DNA of 62,809 bases, filler included. It is 6 parts of 6 records of this genome, joined end to end, with 100 filler letters (N's around TTAATTAATTAA, not from the genome) between each part and the next. Parts side by side here need not be neighbours in the genome. Positions count along the whole stretch, not along the records: positions 1 to 28,370 come from SRR9188677_205; 5 more parts are not named here. The stretch is one strand, 5' to 3'. How positions within the stretch are numbered: position 1 is the first letter of the stretch; every line of letters starts with the position of its first letter. Positions 18,899-28,470 of this stretch are shown in pieces. A program made the position numbers and the translations under genes. A model generated the notes under the pieces. It saw only the letters and a program-made list of their open reading frames with translations, was not told the DNA's origin and did no database searches.

Positions 18899-19519
18899 AT
18901 GGACGAACACGAGGCGGTCATCGACGCGACGCTGGAGCAGATCGGTCCGAGGCTCCAGGCGCTGCGCCTTCGACGAGGAACGACACTCGCCGAGGTCGCG
19001 TCGGCCACGGGTATCTCGAAGAGCACTCTCTCGCGCCTGGAGACGGGTCAGCGGCGCGCGAGCCTGGAGCTGCTCCTGCCGCTCGCGCGCATTTACCGGG
19101 TGTCGCTGGACGACCTCGTGGGCGCTCCCGAGACCGGCGACCCGCGGGTGCGGCTGCGCCCGCGGCGGGTCAACGGGCGCACTGTGGTGGCGCTCACACG
19201 CCAGCCGGGCGAGAGGCATGCGTGGAAGATCATCGTGCCTTCCGAGGCCTCGGAGCCGAAGCTCACCTCGCATGAGGGGTCGTCATGGATGTATGTGCTC
19301 ACCGGACGCATCCGGCTCATCGTGGGTGACCGCGACATCATGCTCGAGGCCGGAGAGGTCGCGGAGTTCGATACACGCACGCCGCACTGGTTCGGCGCCG
19401 ATGGGGAGCACGACGCCGAGATCCTCACGATCTTCGGCGCGGAAGGCGGCCACGGTCAGCGCAGCACCGACCTCGCCACGCGCCACCTCGCCGAGGTGCT
19501 CGGCGGGCCTCCGCGGTGA
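18899..19519 (+). CDS. XRE-family regulator with cupin domain
   Basis: GISKSTLSRLETG HTH plus HEG..YVLTG..FDTRTPHWF cupin motifs. Confidence 0.9.
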   Translation: MDEHEAVIDATLEQIGPRLQALRLRRGTTLAEVASATGISKSTLSRLETGQRRASLELLLPLARIYRVSLDDLVGAPETGDPRVRLRPRRVNGRTVVALTRQPGERHAWKIIVPSEASEPKLTSHEGSSWMYVLTGRIRLIVGDRDIMLEAGEVAEFDTRTPHWFGADGEHDAEILTIFGAEGGHGQRSTDLATRHLAEVLGGPPR

Positions 19520-19552
19520 CGTGCGACGGGGTCCTCGCCGCGGCAGTCGGCC

Positions 19553-20536
19553 TCAGTGTGCGGTGGTCGAGAGCTCGTAGTGGCAGCGGGCGAGGCGCGC
19601 GAACCACCATTCGCGTCGTTCGTCCGATGCGGCGAGACGACTGAGTGCCTCCGCATCGGGTGTCACGCGGCCGACCGGGATCGAGCCGTCGACCGGGCGC
19701 AGGTCGGCCACGTCGTCGAGGAACAGCGACGCCGTGCCGAGCCCGCAGTCGTAGTCGAGTGTCGGGAGGGCCGCAGCGAGCGCGGCTCCCTGAGACAGGC
19801 CGATCGCGGTGTCCAGGGCGCTCGAGACCACGACGGGGAGCCCCGCGGCGGTGACGATCTGCAGCGCGTGAGTGATGCCGCCGAGGGGCTGCGCCTTGAT
19901 CACGAGCAGGTCGGCCGCGCCGGCACGGGCGACCGCGAGCGGATCGGACGACTTGCGCACGCTCTCGTCGGCGGCGACCGGGATGCCCATGTACTTCACG
20001 CGCCTGCGGAGGTCCGCCAGCTCCGGCACCGTCGCGCAGGGCTGCTCCACGTATTCCAGGTCATACTCGCCCAGCGCGTGCACGGCGTGCTCGGCCTCGT
20101 CGACGTTCCAGGCTCCGTTCGCGTCGACCCTGATGCGGCCCTCGGGGCCCATCGTCTCGCGCACGGCGCGAACGCGCGCCACGTCGTCGGAGAGGGTCTG
20201 CCCCGGCTCGGCGACCTTGACCTTCGCCGTGCGGCATCCGGGGAATCGCGCCAGCAGCTCGGGCACGCGCGACGCCTCGATCGCTGGCACCGTGGCGTTC
20301 ACGCCGATCCGATCCCGTAGCGGCTCCGGCTGCTCGCGCCATGCGAAGTCGATCGCGGCCGCGAGCCATGTGGCCGCCTCCGCGTCTTCGTACTCCACGA
20401 ACGGTGAGAACTCCGCCCACCCCTCCGGCCCCTCGAAGAGCAGTGCCTCCCGCACGTCGACGCCGCGGAAGCGACTGTGCATCGGGAGGGCGACGACCCT
20501 GGCCGAGTCGAGCAGGTCTGAGAGCGGCGGGATCAT
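19553..20536 (-). CDS. menC: o-succinylbenzoate synthase
   Basis: Enolase superfamily TAKVKV, RVDANG, YVEQP, AADES and VIKAQPLGG motifs; near menB/menE. Confidence 0.93.
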   Translation of the reverse strand: MIPPLSDLLDSARVVALPMHSRFRGVDVREALLFEGPEGWAEFSPFVEYEDAEAATWLAAAIDFAWREQPEPLRDRIGVNATVPAIEASRVPELLARFPGCRTAKVKVAEPGQTLSDDVARVRAVRETMGPEGRIRVDANGAWNVDEAEHAVHALGEYDLEYVEQPCATVPELADLRRRVKYMGIPVAADESVRKSSDPLAVARAGAADLLVIKAQPLGGITHALQIVTAAGLPVVVSSALDTAIGLSQGAALAAALPTLDYDCGLGTASLFLDDVADLRPVDGSIPVGRVTPDAEALSRLAASDERREWWFARLARCHYELSTTAH

Positions 20537-20576
20537 GTGCCCATTCTGTCCCCGGGAGGCCTGCGACCGCTGCACG

Positions 20577-21596
20577 TCAGGCCAGGTGTTTCTGCAGCTC
20601 GCCCATCCGCTCGGTGGGAATGAACCCGAGAAGCGTGTTCACGGCGAGCATGTGTGCGTTCGATTCCGCGTTGTACGTGTAGACGGCAGGTGCGTGAGGA
20701 GCTCGGTGCTGCAACAGGCGGAGGTTCGCGATCTTCACCGCCGTGCCGAGGCGGTGGCCGCGGTCGGCCCGGCGCACGAGCGTGCCCCATTGGTACGCAT
20801 TGCCGTCGTCGCCCGACACGACGAGCTGGGTGTAGGCGGCGACCTGGCCCTCCGGCGTCAGCGCGACGGTGCCGATCGGAAGACGGTTCTGCCGGACGAG
20901 GAGCTCCTCCTGCTCGCGGATGCTCTCCACGTCGGGCTTCGCGGGTGCGATGTCGAGATCGCCGCTGGGGGCTTCGGTATCGATCGAGGCGTCGAGGATC
21001 GCCCAGCCTTCGACGACGTCGTCCGGCACCGGTCCGATCCAGCTCCGGACCGAGTAGCCCCGGGTCGCCGCAGCGATGTCGGCGTCGATCCGGTCGAGCA
21101 CCTCGAGGTCGAGCGGGAGTGCGAGCCGGTTCTGCACGTCCCCGAGCGCGAGCGCGTAGCCGTGGCGGCGGGCGAACTCGCGACCGGGTGCGCCCTTGCC
21201 GTCGGATCCGAGCTCGTACGGCCACGAGGTGTCGCCCTGCGCGGTGGTGCGTCCGGCCTCGGCGGCTTCTGCCTCGAGGAGGGCCAGGGCGGTGCTGCCG
21301 ACTCCGCGCCGTCGATGCGCCGGCGGCACGTGGACGGCGAGGTGCGCGACGTGTGTGTTGTCCTTGAGGGGGAGTGCGAGGCCCGCTGCGCCGACGACAG
21401 TGCCGTCGTCGCACAGCAGGAGGGGGCGTCGCTCGAGAGTCTGGGACTGCTGCTGCATCGCGTTGCGCGTCTCCTCGCGGGACCAGACCGGGATGTCGGA
21501 TCCGCGGTCGGCACGTTCGGCGGCTGCATAGGCATCCCACCAGGCGTCCACCTCCGCGGTGTCGAACGGGTCGATGCGCGTGATCTCGAGCGTCAT
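20577..21596 (-). CDS. Tandem-domain GNAT acetyltransferase
   Basis: Two GNAT motifs: HRRRGVGS and DRGHRLG..NAESNAHMLAVNTLLGF. Confidence 0.85.
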   Translation of the reverse strand: MTLEITRIDPFDTAEVDAWWDAYAAAERADRGSDIPVWSREETRNAMQQQSQTLERRPLLLCDDGTVVGAAGLALPLKDNTHVAHLAVHVPPAHRRRGVGSTALALLEAEAAEAGRTTAQGDTSWPYELGSDGKGAPGREFARRHGYALALGDVQNRLALPLDLEVLDRIDADIAAATRGYSVRSWIGPVPDDVVEGWAILDASIDTEAPSGDLDIAPAKPDVESIREQEELLVRQNRLPIGTVALTPEGQVAAYTQLVVSGDDGNAYQWGTLVRRADRGHRLGTAVKIANLRLLQHRAPHAPAVYTYNAESNAHMLAVNTLLGFIPTERMGELQKHLA

Positions 21597-21650
21597 GACT
21601 CCACGCTACTTCCCCCTTCCCGTCCGCCCCGGACTGTCCGAAACGTACGC

Positions 21651-21680
21651 TGGACAATAGTGTGTGACACACAGTAATGT
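21651..21680 (+). promoter_or_regulatory. PadR promoter with overlapping palindrome, probable autoregulatory operator
   Basis: TGGACA-18 bp-TAATGT, 7 nt before ATG. TGTGTG-A-CACACA palindrome at 21661-21673. Confidence 0.6.
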
Positions 21681-21687
21681 GGGTTGC

Positions 21688-22020
21688 ATGAACGAGACGC
21701 TCGACACGCACCTGCAGGAGCTGCGGCGCGGCACCGTGGTGCTGGCCTGCCTGCAGCTGCTGCGCACGCCGGGCTACGGCTATTCGCTGCTCGACCAGCT
21801 CGAGAAGCGCGGCTTCGCGACGGATGCGAACACCCTGTATCCGCTGCTGCGCCGCCTGGAGAAGCAGGAGTACCTCACGAGCGAGTGGAACACCGAGGAG
21901 GCGAGGCCGCGCAAGTTCTACCGCACCTCGGACGCCGGCATCCGCCTCGCCGACACCCTCACCGACGAATGGCGATCGCTCACCACGGCGATCGCGTCCC
22001 TCACTGCAGAGGAGAACTGA
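21688..22020 (+). CDS. PadR family transcriptional regulator
   Basis: ELRRG, GYGY, TLYPLLRRLE and RPRKFY motifs. Confidence 0.92.
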   Translation: MNETLDTHLQELRRGTVVLACLQLLRTPGYGYSLLDQLEKRGFATDANTLYPLLRRLEKQEYLTSEWNTEEARPRKFYRTSDAGIRLADTLTDEWRSLTTAIASLTAEEN

Positions 22021-22021
22021 C

Positions 22022-22990
22022 ATGACCACCACAGCCACGCTCACCGAGCGGTACATCAGTGCCACGATCCGTAGTCTTCGGCCGGATGCGCAGGACGATG
22101 TCCGCGCCGAGCTCGAAGCCTCCATCACCGATGCGGTCGAGGCGCGAGTCGAGCAGGGTGAGACGCCAGAGGCCGCCGAGCGCGCGGTCCTCACCGATCT
22201 CGGCGACCCCGGGGTGTTGGCTGCCGGGTATGCGGATCGCCCTCTGCACCTCATCGGCCCCCGTTACTACCTGACCTGGTGGCGGCTGCTCAAGCTGCTG
22301 CTGATCATCGTTCCGGCCTGCGCCGCCGTGGGTGTCGCGATCGCGAAGTTGATCGAGGGGGCACCGGTCGGAGACGTGATCGGCGCAATCGTCGCCGTCA
22401 CCCTCTCGGTCGTCGTTCACGTGTGCTTCTGGGTGACGCTGGTGTTCGTCGTGCTCGAGCGCACCGGTGCCGACACGGGGGAGAAGTGGGACGTCGACCA
22501 GCTGCCCGTGCCGACCGAGAACGGCGCCGCGCGCAGCGACATGATCGCCACTCTCGTCTTCCTCGGCATCGGCGTCGCCGCGGTGGTGTGGGATGCGACC
22601 CGCGGGTTCTTCCCGACCGGCGGCGATCCGATCCCGATCCTGAACTCCGGGCTCTGGCCGTGGGGGATGACCGTGCTCCTCGCCATCATGCTCGCCGACG
22701 CCGCCCTGGCTGTCGCCGTGTACCGCCGACGCCGGTGGACGGTCGGTCTCGCCGTCGTCAACGCGGCGCTCTCGATCGCGTTCGCCACCTGGGCGGTGAC
22801 ACTTCTCGTGCGGGACGAGCTGCTGAACCCGGAGTTCGTGCAGTTCGTGTTCGCCGACAACGGGGTGGACGCCGACACGTTGCGCATCCTCGCGGTGATC
22901 ACCGGAGTCGGCATCATCGCCGTCCAGACCTGGACCATCATCGACGGCTGGATGAAGGCCTGGCGCGCTCGCCGCGGGCGCGAGGAATAG
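22022..22990 (+). CDS. HAAS/permease-prefix-domain membrane protein, PadR partner
   Basis: N-terminal helical DVRAEL..AERAVLTDLGDP..LA segment followed by ~6 TM; directly behind padR. Confidence 0.75.
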   Translation: MTTTATLTERYISATIRSLRPDAQDDVRAELEASITDAVEARVEQGETPEAAERAVLTDLGDPGVLAAGYADRPLHLIGPRYYLTWWRLLKLLLIIVPACAAVGVAIAKLIEGAPVGDVIGAIVAVTLSVVVHVCFWVTLVFVVLERTGADTGEKWDVDQLPVPTENGAARSDMIATLVFLGIGVAAVVWDATRGFFPTGGDPIPILNSGLWPWGMTVLLAIMLADAALAVAVYRRRRWTVGLAVVNAALSIAFATWAVTLLVRDELLNPEFVQFVFADNGVDADTLRILAVITGVGIIAVQTWTIIDGWMKAWRARRGREE

Positions 22991-23000
22991 GCTGGATGCC

Positions 23001-23921
23001 GTGACCACCGCATTCGTCTCCGACCTCTTCGACCCGGCCGAATGGGTGCTCGCGCCCGGTGCTGAGGACTACACCGACATCACCGCGCACGTCTCACGTG
23101 ACGGCGGAGTCGCACGCATCGCGTTCAACCGGCCCGAGGTGCGCAACGCGTTCCGTCCGCACACCGTGGATGAGCTCTACCGTGCGCTCGACATCGCCCG
23201 GCAGGATGCGCACATCGGTGCGGTGCTGCTCACGGGCAACGGCCCGAGCCCGAAGGATGGCGGCTGGGCGTTCTGCTCGGGCGGTGACCAGCGCATCCGC
23301 GGTCGCGACGGCTACAAGTACTCCGACACGGAGACCGCGATCGTCGACGGCGCGGGCCGTGCCGCCGTCGGCCGCCTGCACATCCTCGAGGTGCAGCGGC
23401 TCATCCGCTTCATGCCGAAGGTCGTCATCGCGGTCGTGCCCGGATGGGCGGCCGGCGGCGGACACTCCCTGCACGTGGTCTGCGACCTCACGATCGCCTC
23501 CGCGGAAGAGGCGCGTTTCAAGCAGACGGACGCCGACGTGGGCAGCTTCGACGCCGGCTACGGCTCCGCCTACATGGCCCGCCAGACGGGGCAGAAGTTC
23601 GCCCGCGAGGTGTTCTTCCTCGCCGAGGAGTACTCCGCCCAGCGTGCGTACGAGATGGGTGCGGTGAACCGCGTGGTGCCGCATGCCGAGCTCGAGCGCG
23701 AGGCGCTGAAGATGGCGCGCACGGTGCTGACCAAGTCGCCGACGGCGATCCGCATGCTGAAGTTCGCCTTCAACGCCGTCGACGACGGGCTGGTCGGTCA
23801 GCAGGTCTTCGCGGGAGAGGCCACCCGCCTCGCCTACGGCACCGACGAGGCCGTCGAGGGTCGCGACTCGTTCCTCGAGAAGCGCGACCCCGACTGGTCC
23901 TCCTTCCCCTGGCACTACTGA
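23001..23921 (+). CDS. menB: 1,4-dihydroxy-2-naphthoyl-CoA synthase
   Basis: RPEVRNAFRP, FCSGGDQ, AGGGHSLHVVCD and VGSFDAGYGS motifs. Confidence 0.96.
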   Translation: MTTAFVSDLFDPAEWVLAPGAEDYTDITAHVSRDGGVARIAFNRPEVRNAFRPHTVDELYRALDIARQDAHIGAVLLTGNGPSPKDGGWAFCSGGDQRIRGRDGYKYSDTETAIVDGAGRAAVGRLHILEVQRLIRFMPKVVIAVVPGWAAGGGHSLHVVCDLTIASAEEARFKQTDADVGSFDAGYGSAYMARQTGQKFAREVFFLAEEYSAQRAYEMGAVNRVVPHAELEREALKMARTVLTKSPTAIRMLKFAFNAVDDGLVGQQVFAGEATRLAYGTDEAVEGRDSFLEKRDPDWSSFPWHY

Positions 23922-23934
23922 GTCGGAGACCCGC

Positions 23935-25089
23935 ATGACCGCCCTGATCCCCACGGATGCCGAAGATCCGGTTCTGCTGCGGGAAGCCCTGCGGCGTGCG
24001 CTCGACGGGGGCCCTGCTCTGGGACTCGGGATGGTGGACGGCGCCCCGGAGAACGTGGCGGACGGCCTCGCCGCCGTGATCGCGACGTCGGGATCGAGCG
24101 GCATCCCGAAGCGGGTCGCCCTGAGCGGGGAGGCCCTGCGGGCGAGTGCCGAGGCCACGGCGGCGCGCATCGGCAGCGGACGCTGGCTGCTCGCGCTGCC
24201 GGCCGGCTATGTCGCGGGGCTTCAGGTGCTGGTGCGGTCGATCCTCGCCGACACGCGACCGGCACGGATCGAGGGCCGGTTCTCGCCGGTGTCGTTCGCC
24301 GAGGCGACTCTCGAGATGCTGCGGCCGGCGTCGAACGCGGGGATCCCCGACCTGTACACCTCCCTCGTCCCCGCTCAGGTCGCGACCCTGCTCGACGCGG
24401 CGGATGACACCGCCGTCCGGGCGGCACTGCAGGCCTATCGGGCGATCCTGGTGGGCGGCCAGGCCCTCCCGGAGCCGCTGCGGGAACGGGCGGCCGACCT
24501 CGGTGTGCGACTGGTGCGCACCTACGGTTCGACCGAGACCAGTGGGGGATGCGTCTACGACGGTGTGCCCCTCGACACGGTCGGCGTGCGGACGGTCGAC
24601 GGTGAGCTGCGCATCGCCGGTCCCATGCTCGCCGAGGGGTATCTCGGCGACGGGTCGCTGACCGCCCGCACGTTCGTGCGCGATGAGCACGGCATCCGCT
24701 GGTACCGCACGGGCGATCTCGGCCTCGTCGAAGACGGTGTCGTCCGTGTGCACGGCCGCGCCGACAACGTGATCGTGTCCGGGGGGATCAACATCTCCCT
24801 CGACCGTGTGGAGCGGATCGTCCGCCGGATCGCGGGCCTTCATGAGGCCGTGGTCGTCGGCGTGGAGGATGAGCGCTGGGGCGAGGCGTCCGTGATCGTC
24901 GCGGCTCGGGGCGAGGTGCTCCGCCGCAGCGAGTCGGAGCAGCTCGCGCACGCTCGCGACGCCGTCGAGGACGAACTCGGCAAGCACGCCCGTCCCGTCC
25001 GGCTGATCATGGTGGACGAGATCGAGGTGCTCCCCTCGGGCAAGCCCGACCGCGAGGCCATCCGTCGCATGGTCGCCGACCTGCGCTGA
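23935..25089 (+). CDS. menE: o-succinylbenzoate--CoA ligase (AMP-binding)
   Basis: TSGSSGIPK, TYGSTET, TGDLG, GRADNVIVSGG and GKPDR motifs; directly after menB. Confidence 0.85.
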   Translation: MTALIPTDAEDPVLLREALRRALDGGPALGLGMVDGAPENVADGLAAVIATSGSSGIPKRVALSGEALRASAEATAARIGSGRWLLALPAGYVAGLQVLVRSILADTRPARIEGRFSPVSFAEATLEMLRPASNAGIPDLYTSLVPAQVATLLDAADDTAVRAALQAYRAILVGGQALPEPLRERAADLGVRLVRTYGSTETSGGCVYDGVPLDTVGVRTVDGELRIAGPMLAEGYLGDGSLTARTFVRDEHGIRWYRTGDLGLVEDGVVRVHGRADNVIVSGGINISLDRVERIVRRIAGLHEAVVVGVEDERWGEASVIVAARGEVLRRSESEQLAHARDAVEDELGKHARPVRLIMVDEIEVLPSGKPDREAIRRMVADLR

Positions 25090-25115
25090 GCGCACGCTCT
25101 GCCAGACTGGGCCGC

Positions 25116-25907
25116 ATGGCCTCGTACACGCATGGACATCACGAATCCGTCCTCCGCTCGCACAACGTGCGCGACATCGCGAACTCCGCCGAGTACCTTC
25201 GCCCGCACCTCACCGCCACGACCCGTCTTCTCGACGTGGGTGCGGGGCCGGGCAGCATCACGGCCGATTTCGCCGGCATCGTCGCCCACGTCACGGCCAC
25301 CGAGATCGATGAGAGCGCCCTGTCGCTCTCGCAGGGACTCGTGGCCGAGCGCGGGCTCACCAACCTCTCGTTCTCGATCGAGGACGTGCACGCGCTGAGC
25401 TTTCCCGACGACTCGTTCGATGTCGTGCACGCGCACCAGGTGCTCCAGCACGTCGGCGACCCGGTGACGGCCCTGCGCGAGATGCGCCGCGTCGCCGTTC
25501 CCGGGGGGATCGTCGCCGCGCGAGACGCGGACTACGCGGGCTTCCTCTGCTTCCCGGAACTGCCGGAGCTCGATCGCTGGCTCGCCCTGTACCGTGCGGC
25601 GGCACGGGCCAACGGCGGGGAGCCGGATGCGGGACGCCGGCTGCTGTCCTGGGCGCGCGCCGCAGGATTCACAGACATCACCGCGACGGCATCCACGTGG
25701 TGCTACGCGTCTCCCGCCGAGCGGGCCTGGTGGGGCGGCATGTGGGCCGACCGCATCCTCGAGTCGGCGCTCGCGCGGCAGCTCGTCGACAGCGACATGG
25801 CGACGCGGGCCGACCTGCATGAGATCAGCGACGCCTGGAAGCGCTGGGCCGACGACGGCGACGGGTGGTACCTGGTGCCGCACGGCGAGATCATCGCCCG
25901 GGCCTGA
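25116..25907 (+). CDS. Class I SAM-dependent methyltransferase
   Basis: LLDVGAGPGSIT motif I and SFDVVHAHQVLQH. Confidence 0.88.
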   Translation: MASYTHGHHESVLRSHNVRDIANSAEYLRPHLTATTRLLDVGAGPGSITADFAGIVAHVTATEIDESALSLSQGLVAERGLTNLSFSIEDVHALSFPDDSFDVVHAHQVLQHVGDPVTALREMRRVAVPGGIVAARDADYAGFLCFPELPELDRWLALYRAAARANGGEPDAGRRLLSWARAAGFTDITATASTWCYASPAERAWWGGMWADRILESALARQLVDSDMATRADLHEISDAWKRWADDGDGWYLVPHGEIIARA

Positions 25908-25968
25908 CGCGGCGGAGATACATCCCGCGACGGATGCCCGCGGCCAGGCCCTCGCGTAGCGTGGGGGC

Positions 25969-27147
25969 GTGATCCGCCCGCTCTCCCGCACCGCGCTGAT
26001 CCTCGACATCGTCGGGGCGGCGCTGCTGTTCCTCGTGCTCGTGCCGACCTCGCTCGTGTTCTACGGGCCGGGGACGGGCAACGACGCGATCGGGGGGCTC
26101 GCGGTCGTGGGCGTCTTCATCGCGAGCGTGCTGATGTGCGGTGGCGTCGCAATCGGCCGGCTCGCCCCGGGGTGGGCTCTCGCCGCTGCGTGGGCCGGTG
26201 CTGTGCTGCAGATGCTGTCCGGCTTCGGGCCGCTCCCGGTGAACTTCGCGATCCTGCTCGTGCTCTACGCCACCTCGGCGTGGGGCACGCGCCGCGTGCT
26301 CTGGTGGGGCTTCGGATCCGCGTTGTTCGGAGGGTTCGTCGCGGCCGTCTTCATGATCATCGTGAACGGCGTCGCCTTCGGAACCGGGTCCGGCTGGGAG
26401 AAGGTCACCGCGGGCACGCTCCTCCTCGTCGTCTCGGTCATGGCGCTCGGGTTCGCCTGGGTGTGCGGACTGCTGTGGCGTGTGGTGCTGCGTGCTCGCG
26501 GCACCAGGTCGGCTCAGTTGCAGGCGGAGGCGCTCGCCGCGGAGGAGCAGGAGCGCGTGCGCATCGCGCGCGACATGCACGACGTGGTCGCGCACTCGCT
26601 CGCGGTCGTGATCGCGCAGGCCGACGGCGCCCGATACGCCGCCGCCGTGAAACCCGAGGTCGCGACCGAGGCACTCGGGACCATCGCCCAGACGGCACGC
26701 GGCGCTCTGAGCGACGTGCGGATGCTCCTCACGCAGCTGCGGCACCGGCAGGGCGACGGTCCGCAGCCCACGCTCGCCGATCTCGAAGCGCTGTTCGCGC
26801 AGGTGCGACAGGCGGGCATCGAACCGCGGGTCACGGTCGATCCGACGCCGCCGGGCGAGCCGCCCGCCGCCATCCAGCTCGCGGTCTACCGCATCCTGCA
26901 GGAAGCACTCACGAACGCGATCCGACACGGCGACGGCGCGGTCGACGTGAACCTCGCCTGGCTGCCGGATCGCGTCGACGTCGACGTGCGCAACACGGTC
27001 ACGGGCGAGGCGACCGTCGCGCCGGGCGGACACGGAGTCATCGGCATGCGTGAACGCGCGCAGCTCGTCGGCGGTAGTCTGCAAGCCGAGCGCCGAGGGA
27101 CACAGTTCGTCGTCCACGCCACGCTCCCGATCGGTGTCTCCGAATGA
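25969..27147 (+). CDS. Membrane sensor histidine kinase (HisKA_3)
   Basis: ERVRIARDMHDVVAHSL, YRILQEALTNAIRH and GHGVIGMRER motifs; multiple N-terminal TM. Confidence 0.93.
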   Translation: MIRPLSRTALILDIVGAALLFLVLVPTSLVFYGPGTGNDAIGGLAVVGVFIASVLMCGGVAIGRLAPGWALAAAWAGAVLQMLSGFGPLPVNFAILLVLYATSAWGTRRVLWWGFGSALFGGFVAAVFMIIVNGVAFGTGSGWEKVTAGTLLLVVSVMALGFAWVCGLLWRVVLRARGTRSAQLQAEALAAEEQERVRIARDMHDVVAHSLAVVIAQADGARYAAAVKPEVATEALGTIAQTARGALSDVRMLLTQLRHRQGDGPQPTLADLEALFAQVRQAGIEPRVTVDPTPPGEPPAAIQLAVYRILQEALTNAIRHGDGAVDVNLAWLPDRVDVDVRNTVTGEATVAPGGHGVIGMRERAQLVGGSLQAERRGTQFVVHATLPIGVSE

Positions 27148-27779
27148 TCAGAGTCGTGCTCGTCGACGACCAGGCGCTCTTCCGTGCCGGCATCCGGATG
27201 CTCGTCGCCTCCCAGCCCGACCTCGAAGTGGTGGGGGAAGCCGGCGACGGGAAGGAGGCGCTCGACGTCGTCCGCATGACCCGCCCGGACGTGGTGCTGA
27301 TGGACATCCGGATGCCCGTCATGGACGGGCTCACCGCGACCGCCGAGATCCTGGCACGCCCGGAGCCGCCGCGCATCGTCATGCTCACCACGTTCGACCT
27401 CGACGAGGCGGCGGCGCGGGCCATCCGTCAGGGGGCGAGCGGCTTCCTCCTCAAGGACGCCGACCCCGAGTTCCTGCTCGCCGCGATCCGCACCGTGCAC
27501 TCGGGATCGAGTGTGATCGCCGCCTCGGCGACGCGCGACCTGTTCGAGCACTTCGCCGAGGCACCCAAACCGGTGCCCGCGCAGTACACCGACCTCACGG
27601 ACCGTGAGCGGGAGATCTTCGCGCTCGCCGCCCGCGGGCTCTCGAACTCCGAGATCGCCGCTCGCGAGTATCTGAGCGAGGCGACCGTGAAGACGCACAT
27701 CAGTCGCATCCTCAGCAAACTCGCGCTGCGCGACCGCGTGCAGCTGGTGGTCTTCGCCTTCGAGCACGGCCTCGCCTGA
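27144..27779 (+). CDS. NarL/LuxR family response regulator
   Basis: VDDQ, LMDIRMP, LTTFD and LTDRE..SEATVKTH motifs. Confidence 0.94.
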   Translation: MIRVVLVDDQALFRAGIRMLVASQPDLEVVGEAGDGKEALDVVRMTRPDVVLMDIRMPVMDGLTATAEILARPEPPRIVMLTTFDLDEAAARAIRQGASGFLLKDADPEFLLAAIRTVHSGSSVIAASATRDLFEHFAEAPKPVPAQYTDLTDREREIFALAARGLSNSEIAAREYLSEATVKTHISRILSKLALRDRVQLVVFAFEHGLA

Positions 27780-27884
27780 TCCCCTGCGCGCTCCGGGGCG
27801 CCCCGCAGATCATCCTTGCGATGTATGCGGAAGGGTCCCCGGGAGCGATGACCCGCGCGGGGCCGCGGAAATAGCGTCGGAGTC

Positions 27885-28370
27885 ATGGAGATCACGACCA
27901 CCGACCTGGGGCTCGCCGCCCGCGTCCAGCACCTGAAGAAGACCTACGGCTCCGGCGAGGGCACCGTCCGTGCGCTGGACGATGTGAGCGTCGGCATCCG
28001 CCGTGGGCAGTTCACCGCGATCATGGGGCCGTCCGGTTCCGGCAAGTCCACCCTGATGCACATCATGGCGGGACTCGACAGTCCCACCGAAGGACGTGCC
28101 TGGATCGGAGACACCGAGATCACCGGCCTCGGTGACATCGACCTCACGATCCTGCGGCGTCGACGCGTCGGCTTCATCTTCCAGGCGTTCAACCTGGTCC
28201 CGACTCTCGATGCGCTCGGCAACATCATGCTTCCGTTCGAGCTCGACGGTCGTCGGCCGAGTGCGATCGAGCGGGCGCGCATCGACGGACTGGTCGAGAC
28301 GCTCGGGCTCGGTTCGCGTCTCGCTCATCGTCCGCACCAGCTGTCCGGCGGTCAGCAGCAGCGCGTGGCG
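27885..28370 (+). CDS. ABC transporter ATP-binding protein (LolD/MacB-like), 3'-truncated
   Basis: Walker A GPSGSGKST, GFIFQAFNL and LSGGQQQRV; runs into the spacer. Confidence 0.92.
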
Positions 28371-28470
28371 NNNNNNNNNNNNNNNNNNNNNNNNNNNNNN
28401 NNNNNNNNNNNNNNTTAATTAATTAANNNNNNNNNNNNNNNNNNNNNNNNNNNNNNNNNNNNNNNNNNNN
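28371..28470. other. Artificial contig spacer
   Basis: 100-nt N run with central TTAATTAATTAA (stops in all six frames). Confidence 0.99.

Noticed and set aside
25116-25907. Methyltransferase after menE as menG/ubiE
   Set aside because: Lacks recognisable UbiE/MenG N-terminal motifs and has its own leaderless promoter. Adjacency alone is insufficient.
28415-28426. TTAATTAATTAA palindrome repeated five times
   Set aside because: Sits within N runs. It is a synthetic all-frame stop linker.
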